58,728 nt of DNA. Origin: Candidatus Brocadiia bacterium. Lineage in GTDB: Bacteria; Planctomycetota; Brocadiia; CAIUPP01. A model generated the notes under the pieces. It worked only from the letters and a program-made list of their open reading frames with translations. It did no database searches and was not told where the DNA came from. Location: positions 1-58,728 of the forward strand of contig JBEKCB010000034.1 in NCBI GenBank assembly GCA_050015075.1, given 5' to 3'. A program made the translations under genes and the position numbers. Below are positions 20,085 through 29,701 of this stretch, piece by piece; the first letter of the stretch is position 1; every line of letters starts with the position of its first letter.

Positions 20085-21845
20085 ATGGGCCGGAATCAAC
20101 GGAGGCCATGGACGATCCTGGCGGCGCTCGCCTGCGCCGGTTTCCTCGCCGCGGTCGCGCCGGCCCAGGAGTACCGGTTCAGCGTGCCCGAGGCACAGGT
20201 CGTGCTGACGGTGCAGCCGGATGCTTCGATCCTCGTTGACTATCGCCTCAGGTTCCAGAACGACCCGGCCGCGCACCCGATTGACATCGTGGATGTCGGC
20301 ATGCCGACGAAGGACTACGAGGTCCTGACCGCTTCCATTGACGGCAAGCCGCTGAATTCATGGAAACCCTCGACCGCCATCGAGACCGGACCGGAAATCC
20401 ACCTGGAGGGACATGCCATCCCGCCCGGCGGCGCCGGCACGTTCGAATGCCGCGCGCGCGTCACCGGCATGGTCTACGAGGACCGCGGCGACAAGGGCCG
20501 CGCCTCCCTGCGCTTTACGCCGACCTGGTTCGGCGATCGATATGTCACGGGCGAGACGGACCTGCTCCTGATCGTCAAGTTTCCGCCGGGCGTCCACCCC
20601 GACGAGGTCGTGTGGCAGACGAACATGCCGCAGTTCTTCAAGAAGGGCGCGCTGGACCCGGACAACGTGGCCTTCGTGGCCTGGAAGGAGCATTACCGGT
20701 TCACCGGGCCGAAGATGTTCGGCTGCTCGTTCCCACGGTCGGTCATGGCGCGCGTTGAGTCGAGCGGCCTATGGACGATGTTCCGGTTCTGGTGGGAAGG
20801 ATCGGCGGAGGCGCAGGAGATCGGCGGGGCGATATTCCTCGTTCTGTTCAGCATCTTTTTTCTGCTCGTGACGCGCGGCACGGGGATCACGGTGCTGATC
20901 CTCTGCATCGGCGCGTGCATCATTGTGATGGTTGAGTCGCCGACGTTGCATCTGTGCCTGTGGCTGTTGATCCCGATCATGGGCGCGGCGTGGTATTTTG
21001 CCCTGCACCGCGCGAAGCCGCATTACCTGCCGGCGGTTGCGCAGGTGGAAGGCGGCGGCGTGTGCCGCGGCTTGACGCCCGCGGAGGCCGGCGTCCTGCT
21101 CGAACTGCCTCCGCAGCGGGTGCTCGGCATGATCCTCACGAGCCTGTTCAGCCGAGGCATCATCCGCACGGTCAAGCCGGAGCCGCTGGAGGTCGAACTG
21201 CGCGGCACGCGGCCGGAGCCCAACATCGTCCAGTTGCAGGGACAGCGCACCATGCTGGAACCCTACGAGGTCGGGTTCCTGGATGTCCTGTGCGCGCCAC
21301 CGCCGGAAGTGGCGGAGAAGGATTTCAGCGCGCCGTTGAAAAACATGGTCGGCTCGGTCAGCTATAAGATCAGCGGCTTCGACCGCGAGGCGACGCGCGC
21401 GTATTATCGCGCCGTCACGGCGCGCGCCTGGGAGCAGATCAGCGCCGAGACGGACCCGACGAAGAAGGATGACCTGGCGGCCCAGCGGCTGAGCTGGCTC
21501 TCCCTGTCGGACGACTACGAGCGGCGAATGGAGGCGGAGCGAGCGCGCGGCTGGTCCTATTGGCCGAGCTGGTATTATGCGCCCGGCTACGGCCACAGCG
21601 AGAACTGGTACCGAGACTTGAACCGGTCGGTGGCCCCGGCGGCGGCGCGTTCGGCGCAGAGTATCGTGCCGCCGGTCAAAGGAGTGGACCTTTCCGGTGT
21701 AGACCACTTCACGCTGAACAGCCTGAACCAGATCGCGGAGTCGGCCGAAAGCGGCGGAGGCGGCGGCGGCGGTTTCGGCGGCGGCTGTGCCTGTGCCTGC
21801 GCCGGCTGCGCCTGCGCGTGCGCGTGCGCCGGCGGAGGGCGCTAG
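20085..21845 (+). CDS. Membrane protein (signal peptide, exported domain, 3 TM; DUF2207-like architecture) with a Gly/Cys-Ala C-terminal tail
   Basis: Hydrophobic segments; ends SGGGGGGGFGGGCACACAGCACACACAGGGR; starts 3 nt after the radical SAM stop. Confidence 0.75.
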   Translation: MGRNQRRPWTILAALACAGFLAAVAPAQEYRFSVPEAQVVLTVQPDASILVDYRLRFQNDPAAHPIDIVDVGMPTKDYEVLTASIDGKPLNSWKPSTAIETGPEIHLEGHAIPPGGAGTFECRARVTGMVYEDRGDKGRASLRFTPTWFGDRYVTGETDLLLIVKFPPGVHPDEVVWQTNMPQFFKKGALDPDNVAFVAWKEHYRFTGPKMFGCSFPRSVMARVESSGLWTMFRFWWEGSAEAQEIGGAIFLVLFSIFFLLVTRGTGITVLILCIGACIIVMVESPTLHLCLWLLIPIMGAAWYFALHRAKPHYLPAVAQVEGGGVCRGLTPAEAGVLLELPPQRVLGMILTSLFSRGIIRTVKPEPLEVELRGTRPEPNIVQLQGQRTMLEPYEVGFLDVLCAPPPEVAEKDFSAPLKNMVGSVSYKISGFDREATRAYYRAVTARAWEQISAETDPTKKDDLAAQRLSWLSLSDDYERRMEAERARGWSYWPSWYYAPGYGHSENWYRDLNRSVAPAAARSAQSIVPPVKGVDLSGVDHFTLNSLNQIAESAESGGGGGGGFGGGCACACAGCACACACAGGGR

Positions 21846-22008
21846 TGTAGTGTCCGGGAAATAACATACATAAGCCTAGCCCGCGTCATGTTGAGCGCAG
21901 CGAAGCATCTCACACCATAAGCCGTTGCCGACGCGCAGCGTATGAGATTCCTCGCTCCGCTCGGAATGACCAGACTTTATGCAACTCATTTCCAGGACAG
22001 CACACTAG
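21842..22008. mobile_element. MITE-like element, copy 1 (imperfect terminal inverted repeats, CTAG at both ends, internal palindrome)
   Basis: Left end TAGTGTAGTGTCCGGGAAAT matches the reverse complement of the right end TAGTGTGCTGTCCTGGAAAT at 17/20. Internal arms 21885-21911 and 21944-21970 pair at 21/27. Confidence 0.65.
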
Positions 22009-22039
22009 GTCGAGCGAAAGCGCCGAATCGTCCTCGGCG

Positions 22040-22786
22040 GTGGAGATCCGAGCGGTGGGGAGCGAAGCGAGCGCGCCGAAGGACTCTCTTCAGACGCTGG
22101 ACGAGCAGTACCGGCGCCAGGCCGCGTGGTTCTATGGAGTGCGGTCGAACCTGCTGAGGCGGGTGGCGATCGAGGGGAAACGGCGCGTGCTCGATCTCGG
22201 CTGCGGCACCGGCGCGGTCATCGAGGAACTGGCGCGCCGCTGCAAGGGGCAGGTGGTCGGACTGGACATCGAGGCCGCGCCGCTCAATCTCCATCCCGGG
22301 CGATTCGCCGCCTCAGATCGGGTGATCGCTGCCGGCGGGGCGCTTCCGTTTCCGGACGCGAGCTTCGACCTGGTGTTCACTCAGATGCTCTTCCTCTGGG
22401 CGGCCGAGCCCGGCGCGCTCGTCCGTGAAATCGCGCGCGTCCTTGAGCCCGGCTGCGAACTCATCGCGGCGGCTGAGCCGGATTTCGGCGGGCGGATCGA
22501 GTATCCCGAAGCGAGCCGGCTGGGACCGAGGATGAGCGCCGCGCTCCGCGCGCTCGGCGCGGACCCCGAAATCGCGCGGAAGCTGCCGGAGATTCTCTCG
22601 CGCGAGGGGTTTCACGTTGACATGGGCGTGCACCCTTCGCTCTTCCAACCGGATGAACTATCGGCGGCCTCGGAAGAGGAGCGGAAGTTCCTCGCCTCGG
22701 TCGAGGACCGGGCCGTCGAGAAGCGGCCTGCGGCGACTTTTCTTTTTATGCCCTATTTCTGGTTTCTCGCGCGCAGGCCGCACTAA
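22040..22786 (+). CDS. Class I SAM-dependent methyltransferase (start uncertain)
   Basis: VLDLGCGTG, LPFPDASFDLV and EIARVLEPG. Confidence 0.85.
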   Translation: MEIRAVGSEASAPKDSLQTLDEQYRRQAAWFYGVRSNLLRRVAIEGKRRVLDLGCGTGAVIEELARRCKGQVVGLDIEAAPLNLHPGRFAASDRVIAAGGALPFPDASFDLVFTQMLFLWAAEPGALVREIARVLEPGCELIAAAEPDFGGRIEYPEASRLGPRMSAALRALGADPEIARKLPEILSREGFHVDMGVHPSLFQPDELSAASEEERKFLASVEDRAVEKRPAATFLFMPYFWFLARRPH

Positions 22787-22831
22787 CGCGCTGGCTCTCA
22801 GCCGTTCTTTTTATGGTGAGAATCCGACTTC

Positions 22832-23524
22832 ATGAAACGATTTCTCGTGACGCTGCCCCGCAACCTCGTGGGCTGCTTTAAAGGCCGGATGATCGTGTGG
22901 CACGTCATCGCCATCGTTCTCACTTTCATCCTCGTCACGTCCGGCTTGGACTGGCGCTATTTTCTGGCCACCCGCGATCCGACGCTTCATTCCTGGATGT
23001 TTCGCGCCGTCCACATCGGCATGCTGCTGCCGCTCGCCTTGCCGCTGGCTCTTTTTGCGCTCGGCGCCATCGCCGGAAATGCCCGGGCCATCGTGATCGG
23101 CTGGGCCGTCGGTCAGGCCGCGCTCCTCGGCTTGCTGATCGCGGCCGCGTACAAGGCGGTTACGGGGCGCGCCCATCCTTCGCACGGCGTCGGCGCGGAC
23201 ATCAGTCATGTCTTCCACTTCGGCTTGCTGCGCGGCGGGGTTTTCTGGGGCTGGCCGTCGTCGCATACCACGGTCGCCTTCGCGATGGCGGTGACGGTGT
23301 TCATGCTCTGTCCGAAACGGCGGTGGCTGGGCTTGGGGGCGATCCTCTACGCTTTCTACGTCGGCGTTGGAGTCTCCATGACCATCCATTGGTTCTCGGA
23401 TTTCGTGGCCGGAGCGATTATCGGCTCGGTCATCGGAACCGTTGTCGGGAGAAGTTTTTCGGCCGACGGCGCCGCAGATCGCCCGTGTACTTCTCGCGGA
23501 GACGAGCGACCTGTCGCTCCTTGA
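22832..23524 (+). CDS. PAP2-family membrane phosphatase
   Basis: KAVTGRAHP, WPSSHT and HWFSDFVAG with TM helices. Confidence 0.8.
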   Translation: MKRFLVTLPRNLVGCFKGRMIVWHVIAIVLTFILVTSGLDWRYFLATRDPTLHSWMFRAVHIGMLLPLALPLALFALGAIAGNARAIVIGWAVGQAALLGLLIAAAYKAVTGRAHPSHGVGADISHVFHFGLLRGGVFWGWPSSHTTVAFAMAVTVFMLCPKRRWLGLGAILYAFYVGVGVSMTIHWFSDFVAGAIIGSVIGTVVGRSFSADGAADRPCTSRGDERPVAP

Positions 23525-23670
23525 CAGGTAACGTGGAGGCGGCGTAGGATGCCGCCGGACTCGCCCGCCATCCGTGTGGCGGGGAATGGGCTATCGGACC
23601 GGGGCGCGCCGGTGCCCAATTTCCGCCAGCTCTTGGACGCGGCCTGACATCCGAAGGAATGAACTGAACG

Positions 23671-26244
23671 ATGAGAAAAATTCTGGCGGTACTGTCGGTA
23701 TGCGCCCTGAGTGCTTGCCAATCCGGCCCGGCGCAATCGCCTGCGCCGGAACCGGTCGTCAAAGCGCAGGACACCCGGGGAACGCCGGACCAACGTGCGG
23801 ACCGGTTGCTGAAACAGTTGACGCTGGAGGAGAAGATCCAACTGGTCAGCGGAGACGGTTTTATGACGCATCCGATTGACCGATTGGGAATCGGCGCCTT
23901 CTACATGTCCGATGGCCCGCAGGGCGTTCGGAACGGGCCCGGCGATCCGACGCCGCGCGCCTGCGCGTTTCCGGCGGGGGCCGCGCTGGCGGCGACGTGG
24001 GACGTTGACCTGGCCGCGGCTTATGGCAGGGCGATCGGCCTGGAAGGGCGCGCGCGGGGAACTCATTTCCAGCTCGGGCCCGGGCTTAATATCTGCCGCG
24101 TGCCCGTCAACGGCCGCAACTTCGAGTACTTCGGCGAGGACCCTTACCTGGCGTCCGTCATCGCGGCCAACTGGGTGAAAGCATGCGCGGCGCAAGGCGT
24201 CGTCCCCACGATCAAGCATTTCGCCGCCAACAACCAGGAGAACAACCGATCCTCCGTGGACGCGCAGGTGGACGAACGGACGCTGCATGAGATTTATCTG
24301 CCCGCGTTCAGGAAAGCGGCGCTCGAGGGCGGCAACGTCGCGGTGATGTGCTCCTATAACCGCCTCAACGACCATTACGCCAGCAATAACGATTGGCTGT
24401 TGAACCAGACGCTCAAGAAGCTGTGGGGTTTCAAGGGCTTGGTGATGTCCGACTGGGGCGCGTCGCACTCGGTGACGGACTTGGCCATGGGGCTCGATCT
24501 GGAAATGCCGCGAGGCGATAACCTTTCGGCAAAGAACCTTGAAGCCGCACTGGCCGCCGGCACGATCAAGCCATCGGACCTGGACGGAGCCGTGCATCGC
24601 ATCCTGCGCACCGCCGCCGCCGCAGACTGGCTCGATGCCGGCTGGGAGCAGAAGAATTCCGCTCTGCCGATGGATTCCCCGGGATCGGCCAAGGTGGCGT
24701 TGGACGTTGCGCAAGCATCCATTGTGCTGCTGAAGAACGACCGTGACGCGTTGCCGCTGGACCGGAGCCAGGTCAAAACCATCGTCGTCCTGGGCCCCAA
24801 TTCCTCATCTGCGCCCGGCGCCGTTCCGATCAATATCGGCGGCGGCGGCAGCGGCCAGGTGACGCCGTTCGACGCGCGCATACCCGAGGCCGATTATCTC
24901 CAGGGGATCATTCGAGCCGCAGGAAGCAACGTGAATGTGATCCACCTGCCGATGCCGGAGGACGCCGATCAAGCCGTGTTCGCGACGTTCGCCAACGCGC
25001 GCACGGCTCCGGATGGCCCGCCCGGACTGACGCTCACCGTCGAGGTGACGGGCGAGGGCCCCTCGGTGACGATCCCTCCATCGGTCCAGACCTCGGTCAA
25101 TGTGACCTGGGAGCGCGGACAATTGCCGTTCGACGTTCCGGCCGGGCGCGACGCCACGTTCACCTGGAGCGGCGTGCTGGTTTCAGCCGAAGAAAGCGAT
25201 TGGGTGGTCCGCGTGGCAGGCAGGCCGGTCATTACAGTTGATGGACGGATCATCGAGAACGCCAATGGCCAGATGGTTCATCTGCAGGGGAACCGGCCGA
25301 CGCCCGTCCAGATCCAGTATCGCGCCCTGGCCAATCCGCGAGGCCGCGGCGGACGAGGCGGCGGCGGATTGATGATCAAGGCTGGTCTCCAGCCGCCGGC
25401 GTCGGCGATACCGGACCTGTCCGCCGTGAAAACCGCTGACGCAGCGATTGTCTGCGTTGGGTTCAACCGCAACGCAGAGTCCGAAGGCCGGGACCGCCCG
25501 TTCGAGTTGCCCGGACTCCAGCAATACCTGCTGTCCCGAGTCGCTGCCTTGAATCCGCGCACTATCGTCGTCAACAACAGCGGCGCGGCGGTGGGTATGA
25601 CCGGCTGGCGCGACGGCGTCGCTGCGATTCTCCAGGCGTGGTACCTCGGCCAGGAAGGCGGCGTCGCGATCGGAAACGTGTTGTTCGGCGACGTCAATCC
25701 GTCCGGCCGGCTCTGCTCGACGTTCGACAAGACGTTCGAGGACAACCCCGCCTTCGCCTATTATCCCGGAGCGACGCCGCCCGGCGGCGGTTACCCGGTC
25801 GAACCCTACACCGAGGGCATCTTCTACGGTTATCGCGGGTACGATAAGGCGAACAAAGATCCGTTGTTCCCATTCGGATACGGCCTGAGTTACACGACCT
25901 TCCAGCTTTCCAATCTGAAGATTCAGAAAGCCGGCTCGGATGTGAAAGTTTCCCTGGATGTCGGGAACACCGGCCGGCGCGCCGGAGCCGAAGTGGTGCA
26001 GATCTACGTGGGGCAGGAGAATCCCTCCGTGCCGCGCCCGTTGCGGGAACTCAAGGGGTTCCGCAAGGTGATGCTCGATCCGGATCAGACCAGGCGCGTC
26101 GAAATCACTCTGCCACGGAGCGCGTTCGCCTACTGGAGCCCGGACAAAAAGGATTGGACCGTGGACTCCGGCGCGAGTTTCACCATCGAAGCCGGCGTAT
26201 CCGAGCGCGAGATTGAATTGAAGGACACCATCAAAGTTAACTAG
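23671..26244 (+). CDS. GH3 beta-glucosidase, lipoprotein, with a PA14-like insert and C-terminal Fn3-like domain
   Basis: Lipobox LSAC; SDGPQGVR, GRNFEYFGEDP, KHFAAN, MSDW, PFGYGLSYT and RELKGF. Confidence 0.9.
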   Translation: MRKILAVLSVCALSACQSGPAQSPAPEPVVKAQDTRGTPDQRADRLLKQLTLEEKIQLVSGDGFMTHPIDRLGIGAFYMSDGPQGVRNGPGDPTPRACAFPAGAALAATWDVDLAAAYGRAIGLEGRARGTHFQLGPGLNICRVPVNGRNFEYFGEDPYLASVIAANWVKACAAQGVVPTIKHFAANNQENNRSSVDAQVDERTLHEIYLPAFRKAALEGGNVAVMCSYNRLNDHYASNNDWLLNQTLKKLWGFKGLVMSDWGASHSVTDLAMGLDLEMPRGDNLSAKNLEAALAAGTIKPSDLDGAVHRILRTAAAADWLDAGWEQKNSALPMDSPGSAKVALDVAQASIVLLKNDRDALPLDRSQVKTIVVLGPNSSSAPGAVPINIGGGGSGQVTPFDARIPEADYLQGIIRAAGSNVNVIHLPMPEDADQAVFATFANARTAPDGPPGLTLTVEVTGEGPSVTIPPSVQTSVNVTWERGQLPFDVPAGRDATFTWSGVLVSAEESDWVVRVAGRPVITVDGRIIENANGQMVHLQGNRPTPVQIQYRALANPRGRGGRGGGGLMIKAGLQPPASAIPDLSAVKTADAAIVCVGFNRNAESEGRDRPFELPGLQQYLLSRVAALNPRTIVVNNSGAAVGMTGWRDGVAAILQAWYLGQEGGVAIGNVLFGDVNPSGRLCSTFDKTFEDNPAFAYYPGATPPGGGYPVEPYTEGIFYGYRGYDKANKDPLFPFGYGLSYTTFQLSNLKIQKAGSDVKVSLDVGNTGRRAGAEVVQIYVGQENPSVPRPLRELKGFRKVMLDPDQTRRVEITLPRSAFAYWSPDKKDWTVDSGASFTIEAGVSEREIELKDTIKVN

Positions 26245-26296
26245 AGGCCGTTTCACAACCTGCACGCCAAAAGGGCCTTTTCAAAGGGTTGACAGG

Positions 26297-28525
26297 ATGA
26301 TGAGGCAACTTCTCATTGCCGCTCTTCTGGCTGCGGCAGCCGCGGCGTATGCGGGACAACCGGATGCGAAGGTGGTGATCGGCGACGCCCGGTTTACGGT
26401 CATCGCGCCGGAGTGCATCCGGATCGAATATGCTAAGGACGGCAAGTTCGTGGATGACAAGTCCATGTTCGCCGTCGAACGCGACGCCGCCTGGAATGAT
26501 TTCAAGTTGATCCATGAAGGCGACGATGTGGTCATTGACACGGGAAGAATCCGGCTGCGATACCATTCTGACAACAAGCCGTTCAACCAGGAGAATCTGC
26601 GCGCGCAGATCGCGCGGGGCAAAGATTGGGTAGAGTGGCGGCCCGGCGTGAAGAACCGGGAAAACCTGGGCGGGACGATCCGCACGCTGGACGGCGTGAA
26701 GGGCCCGGTGGACCTGGGCGACGGCGTGTTGTCGCGCGACGGCTGGTACCTGCTGGATGATTCGCAAACCCCTCTGCTGACCAGCGATTGGGTCCAGGAG
26801 CGCCCGGAAAACGGAAGCACGGACTGGTATCTTTTCGGCTATGGGACCGATTACAAGGCGGCATTGAGGGCGCTGACGCGCATCGGCGGCGCGGTGCCGC
26901 TCCCGCGAAAGTACGTCCTCGGCGCATGGTACTCCCGGTATTGGCCGTACACGTCGCAGGATTTTCGGGAAATTGTAGCAGGGTACCGCCAGCACGATTT
27001 CCCGCTCGATGTCATCGTCATGGATATGGACTGGCACCTCACGCGCCTTCCCGGGTCGGACCGGAAGGGCCAGATCTGGACCGGCTACACATGGGACCGC
27101 GGACTCATCCCGGACCCGGAAGGGCTTCTCCAGTGGTTCCATCAGCAGGGGCTCCATGTGACGCTGAACGACCATCCGGCCGACGGCGTACAGCCTCACG
27201 AACAGATGTACGGGGCTTTCATGAAAGCCATGGGAGCGGACCCTTCCACGAAGGAGACGTTGCCGTTCGATGCCGGCAACAAAGAGTACCTCGACACGTT
27301 CTTTCACTACACGCACGACCCATTGGAAAAGGAGGGCGTGGATTTCTGGTGGCTGGACTGGCAGCAATATGCCAACACGCGCAGTCTGCCGCATTTGACC
27401 AACCTGGCCTGGTTGAATGAGTACTATTATCGTCACACAAGCCGGAACGACTTGCGCGGTCAAAGTTTCAGCCGCTGGGCCGGGTGGGGCGACCATCGCC
27501 ATCCGATCCATTTCTCCGGCGACGCGGACACCGGTTGGAATATGCTCACGTTCGAGGTGCCGTTCACCTCGACCGCCGGAAATGTCGGGTGCTTCTTCTG
27601 GTCGCACGACATCGGCGGGCACATGGGCGGGCGCAACGAGGAAAGCTATGTGCGGTGGGTCCAGTTCGGCGCCACCTCAGCCGCCCTGCGCTCGCATTCC
27701 ACTCGCAATGCGGACATGGATCGCCGTCCGTGGACGTACAGCCGGCAGGCGGAAGACTCGATGCGCGTCAGCTTTCACCTGCGCTCCGAATTGTTCCCCT
27801 ATATTTATTCCAGCGCATGGGAAAGCTGCACGGAGTCCGTGCCGCTCAACCGGCCGATGTACATCGAGTACCCCGGCAGGGAAGAAGCCTACCGCAATCC
27901 GCAGGAGTACTTTTTCGGCGACAACTTGCTGGTGGCGCCGATCACGTCACCCGGGCAGGGGCCGGAGAAAGTCGCGCAGCAGACCGTCTGGTTCCCGCCC
28001 GGCGAGTGGTACGATTGGTTCACCGGCCGGCATTTCTCAGGGGAACGGACCGAAACGGTTTCGGCGGACATCAACCGGTTCCCGTTGTTTGCCCGAGGAG
28101 GTGTGCCGGTCCCCTTGCAGCCGTATACGCAGCGAATGACCACAGCTCCTCTCGCCAATCTGGTGGTCCGCTGCTACCCGGGAACCGATGGACAGAGCGC
28201 CAGCACGACACTGTACGAAGACGATGGAGTGACGGGCAGATATTTACGGGGAGAGTCGTCACAGACTGTCTTGACGTATCGGCGCTCGAACAACAAGGTG
28301 GCCGTGATCATATCGCCGTCGAAGGACAGTTTTGCGGGGCAGGTCGAGAAGCGATCCTACCTGGTGGAACTGCGCGAGACCGCCAAACCGCGCGATGTCG
28401 CGGTCAGCCACGGGAAATCTGAGACGGACTATGTAACCGACTACGATGAAAGCACGCATACGATTCATGTGAGAATAGCCCCTCGGCCGGTTCATGATGA
28501 ATTGACGATTTCGGTTAACTTCTGA
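26297..28525 (+). CDS. GH31 glycoside hydrolase, secreted
   Basis: Signal peptide; FPLDVIVMDMDWH, DFWWLDWQ, HFSGD, WSHDIGG and LYEDDG. Confidence 0.9.
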   Translation: MMRQLLIAALLAAAAAAYAGQPDAKVVIGDARFTVIAPECIRIEYAKDGKFVDDKSMFAVERDAAWNDFKLIHEGDDVVIDTGRIRLRYHSDNKPFNQENLRAQIARGKDWVEWRPGVKNRENLGGTIRTLDGVKGPVDLGDGVLSRDGWYLLDDSQTPLLTSDWVQERPENGSTDWYLFGYGTDYKAALRALTRIGGAVPLPRKYVLGAWYSRYWPYTSQDFREIVAGYRQHDFPLDVIVMDMDWHLTRLPGSDRKGQIWTGYTWDRGLIPDPEGLLQWFHQQGLHVTLNDHPADGVQPHEQMYGAFMKAMGADPSTKETLPFDAGNKEYLDTFFHYTHDPLEKEGVDFWWLDWQQYANTRSLPHLTNLAWLNEYYYRHTSRNDLRGQSFSRWAGWGDHRHPIHFSGDADTGWNMLTFEVPFTSTAGNVGCFFWSHDIGGHMGGRNEESYVRWVQFGATSAALRSHSTRNADMDRRPWTYSRQAEDSMRVSFHLRSELFPYIYSSAWESCTESVPLNRPMYIEYPGREEAYRNPQEYFFGDNLLVAPITSPGQGPEKVAQQTVWFPPGEWYDWFTGRHFSGERTETVSADINRFPLFARGGVPVPLQPYTQRMTTAPLANLVVRCYPGTDGQSASTTLYEDDGVTGRYLRGESSQTVLTYRRSNNKVAVIISPSKDSFAGQVEKRSYLVELRETAKPRDVAVSHGKSETDYVTDYDESTHTIHVRIAPRPVHDELTISVNF

Positions 28526-28575
28526 TCTTTGAAACGTTCGCGGTGAACGTTCAGGATGAAAACAGGAGGATCCGC

Positions 28576-29604
28576 GTGAAAGAGCGATGGCTCGCGCTCG
28601 CAGCGCTTGCACTGATGTTCGCCGTCATCGGCTGCGAGAAATCCCCGGCGAAACCGAAGATCGGCGTCGCGATTTATAAATTCGACGATACCTTCATGTC
28701 CTATGTGCGCAACAAGATCGAATCATCCGCGAAAGGCAACATCGAACTCTCCGTGCAGGACAGCCAGTACGATCAGCCGAAGCAGAATGACCAGATTGAC
28801 CAGTTCCTGGCCCAGGGTTGCACCGCCCTCGCCGTCAACCTGGTGGACCCTTCCGCCGTGTCGGTCATCATCGAGAAGGCAAAAGCGAAAAACGTCCCTC
28901 TCGTGCTTTTCAACCGCGAGCCGGCCGCCGCGGATATGGCGAAGTGGGACAAGGTGTACTATGTCGGCGCGAAGGCCCAGCAGTCCGGAACCTATCAAGG
29001 CGAGATCATTGCGGATTATTGGAAAGCGCATCCCGCCGCCGACCTCAACAAGGACGGAAAAATCCAGTACGTCATGCTGATCGGCGATCCGAGCAACACC
29101 GACGCGAAGTTCCGCACCGAGTACTCGATCAAAGCGGTTGAAGCCGCCGGACTCCAGGTTGAAAAACTCGCCGAAGATACCGCGATGTGGGACCGCGTCA
29201 GAGCCCAGGAAAAAATGGCCGCCTTCCTCACCGCCTACAAAGACAGGATCGAAGTCGTGTTCGCCAATAACGACGACATGGCGCTGGGCGCCATCGAAGC
29301 CCTCAAGGCCGCCGGTTATTTCAAGGGCGGCAGATTCATGCCGGTCGTCGGCGTGGACGCCACGCCGCCGGCCCTCGACGCCATCGAGCAGGGCACGCTT
29401 CTCGGGACCGTCCTGAACGACGCCGAACGGCAGGGACTCGCCACGTATGAACTGGCCTATGCCCTGGCCACGGGCGCGAAAGAAGTCAAGACCAGCGTGG
29501 CTCCGCTTGCGGACCAGGACGGCAACGTCTCGGCCGCCGGCAGGTACATCTGGGTGCCGTACGTAAAGGTGACGAGGGACAATTTCAAACAATTTAAGAA
29601 ATAG
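28576..29604 (+). CDS. mglB: Galactose/methylgalactoside ABC transporter substrate-binding lipoprotein
   Basis: IGVAIYKFDDTFMSYVR, KQNDQID, LAVNLVDP, FNREP, ANNDDMALGAIEAL and GTVLNDA; AGGAGG RBS before the GTG. Confidence 0.8.
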   Translation: MKERWLALAALALMFAVIGCEKSPAKPKIGVAIYKFDDTFMSYVRNKIESSAKGNIELSVQDSQYDQPKQNDQIDQFLAQGCTALAVNLVDPSAVSVIIEKAKAKNVPLVLFNREPAAADMAKWDKVYYVGAKAQQSGTYQGEIIADYWKAHPAADLNKDGKIQYVMLIGDPSNTDAKFRTEYSIKAVEAAGLQVEKLAEDTAMWDRVRAQEKMAAFLTAYKDRIEVVFANNDDMALGAIEALKAAGYFKGGRFMPVVGVDATPPALDAIEQGTLLGTVLNDAERQGLATYELAYALATGAKEVKTSVAPLADQDGNVSAAGRYIWVPYVKVTRDNFKQFKK

Positions 29605-29701
29605 CGCGTCGCGGGATGTGAGGTGCTCGATTCCTTAAGCAAAGGGTGTACGCTCCGACGTACATCCTTTTTTACGTCTCATGGAGGGACGTGACCACGC
29701 C

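Noticed and set aside
21750-21845. DNA microsatellite or CRISPR-like repeat in the Gly/Cys-Ala tail
   Set aside because: Codons vary synonymously and there is no repeat-spacer structure, so it is a protein-level repeat.
21942-22157. Small ORF MRFLAPLGMT... as a radical SAM precursor peptide
   Set aside because: It is a translation of the palindromic repeat arm (GAGATTCCTCGCTCCGCTCGGAATGAC), not a credible gene.
25338-25368. RGRGGRGGGG stretch in the GH3 enzyme as an RGG RNA-binding motif
   Set aside because: It is a short low-complexity loop in an exported lipoprotein.
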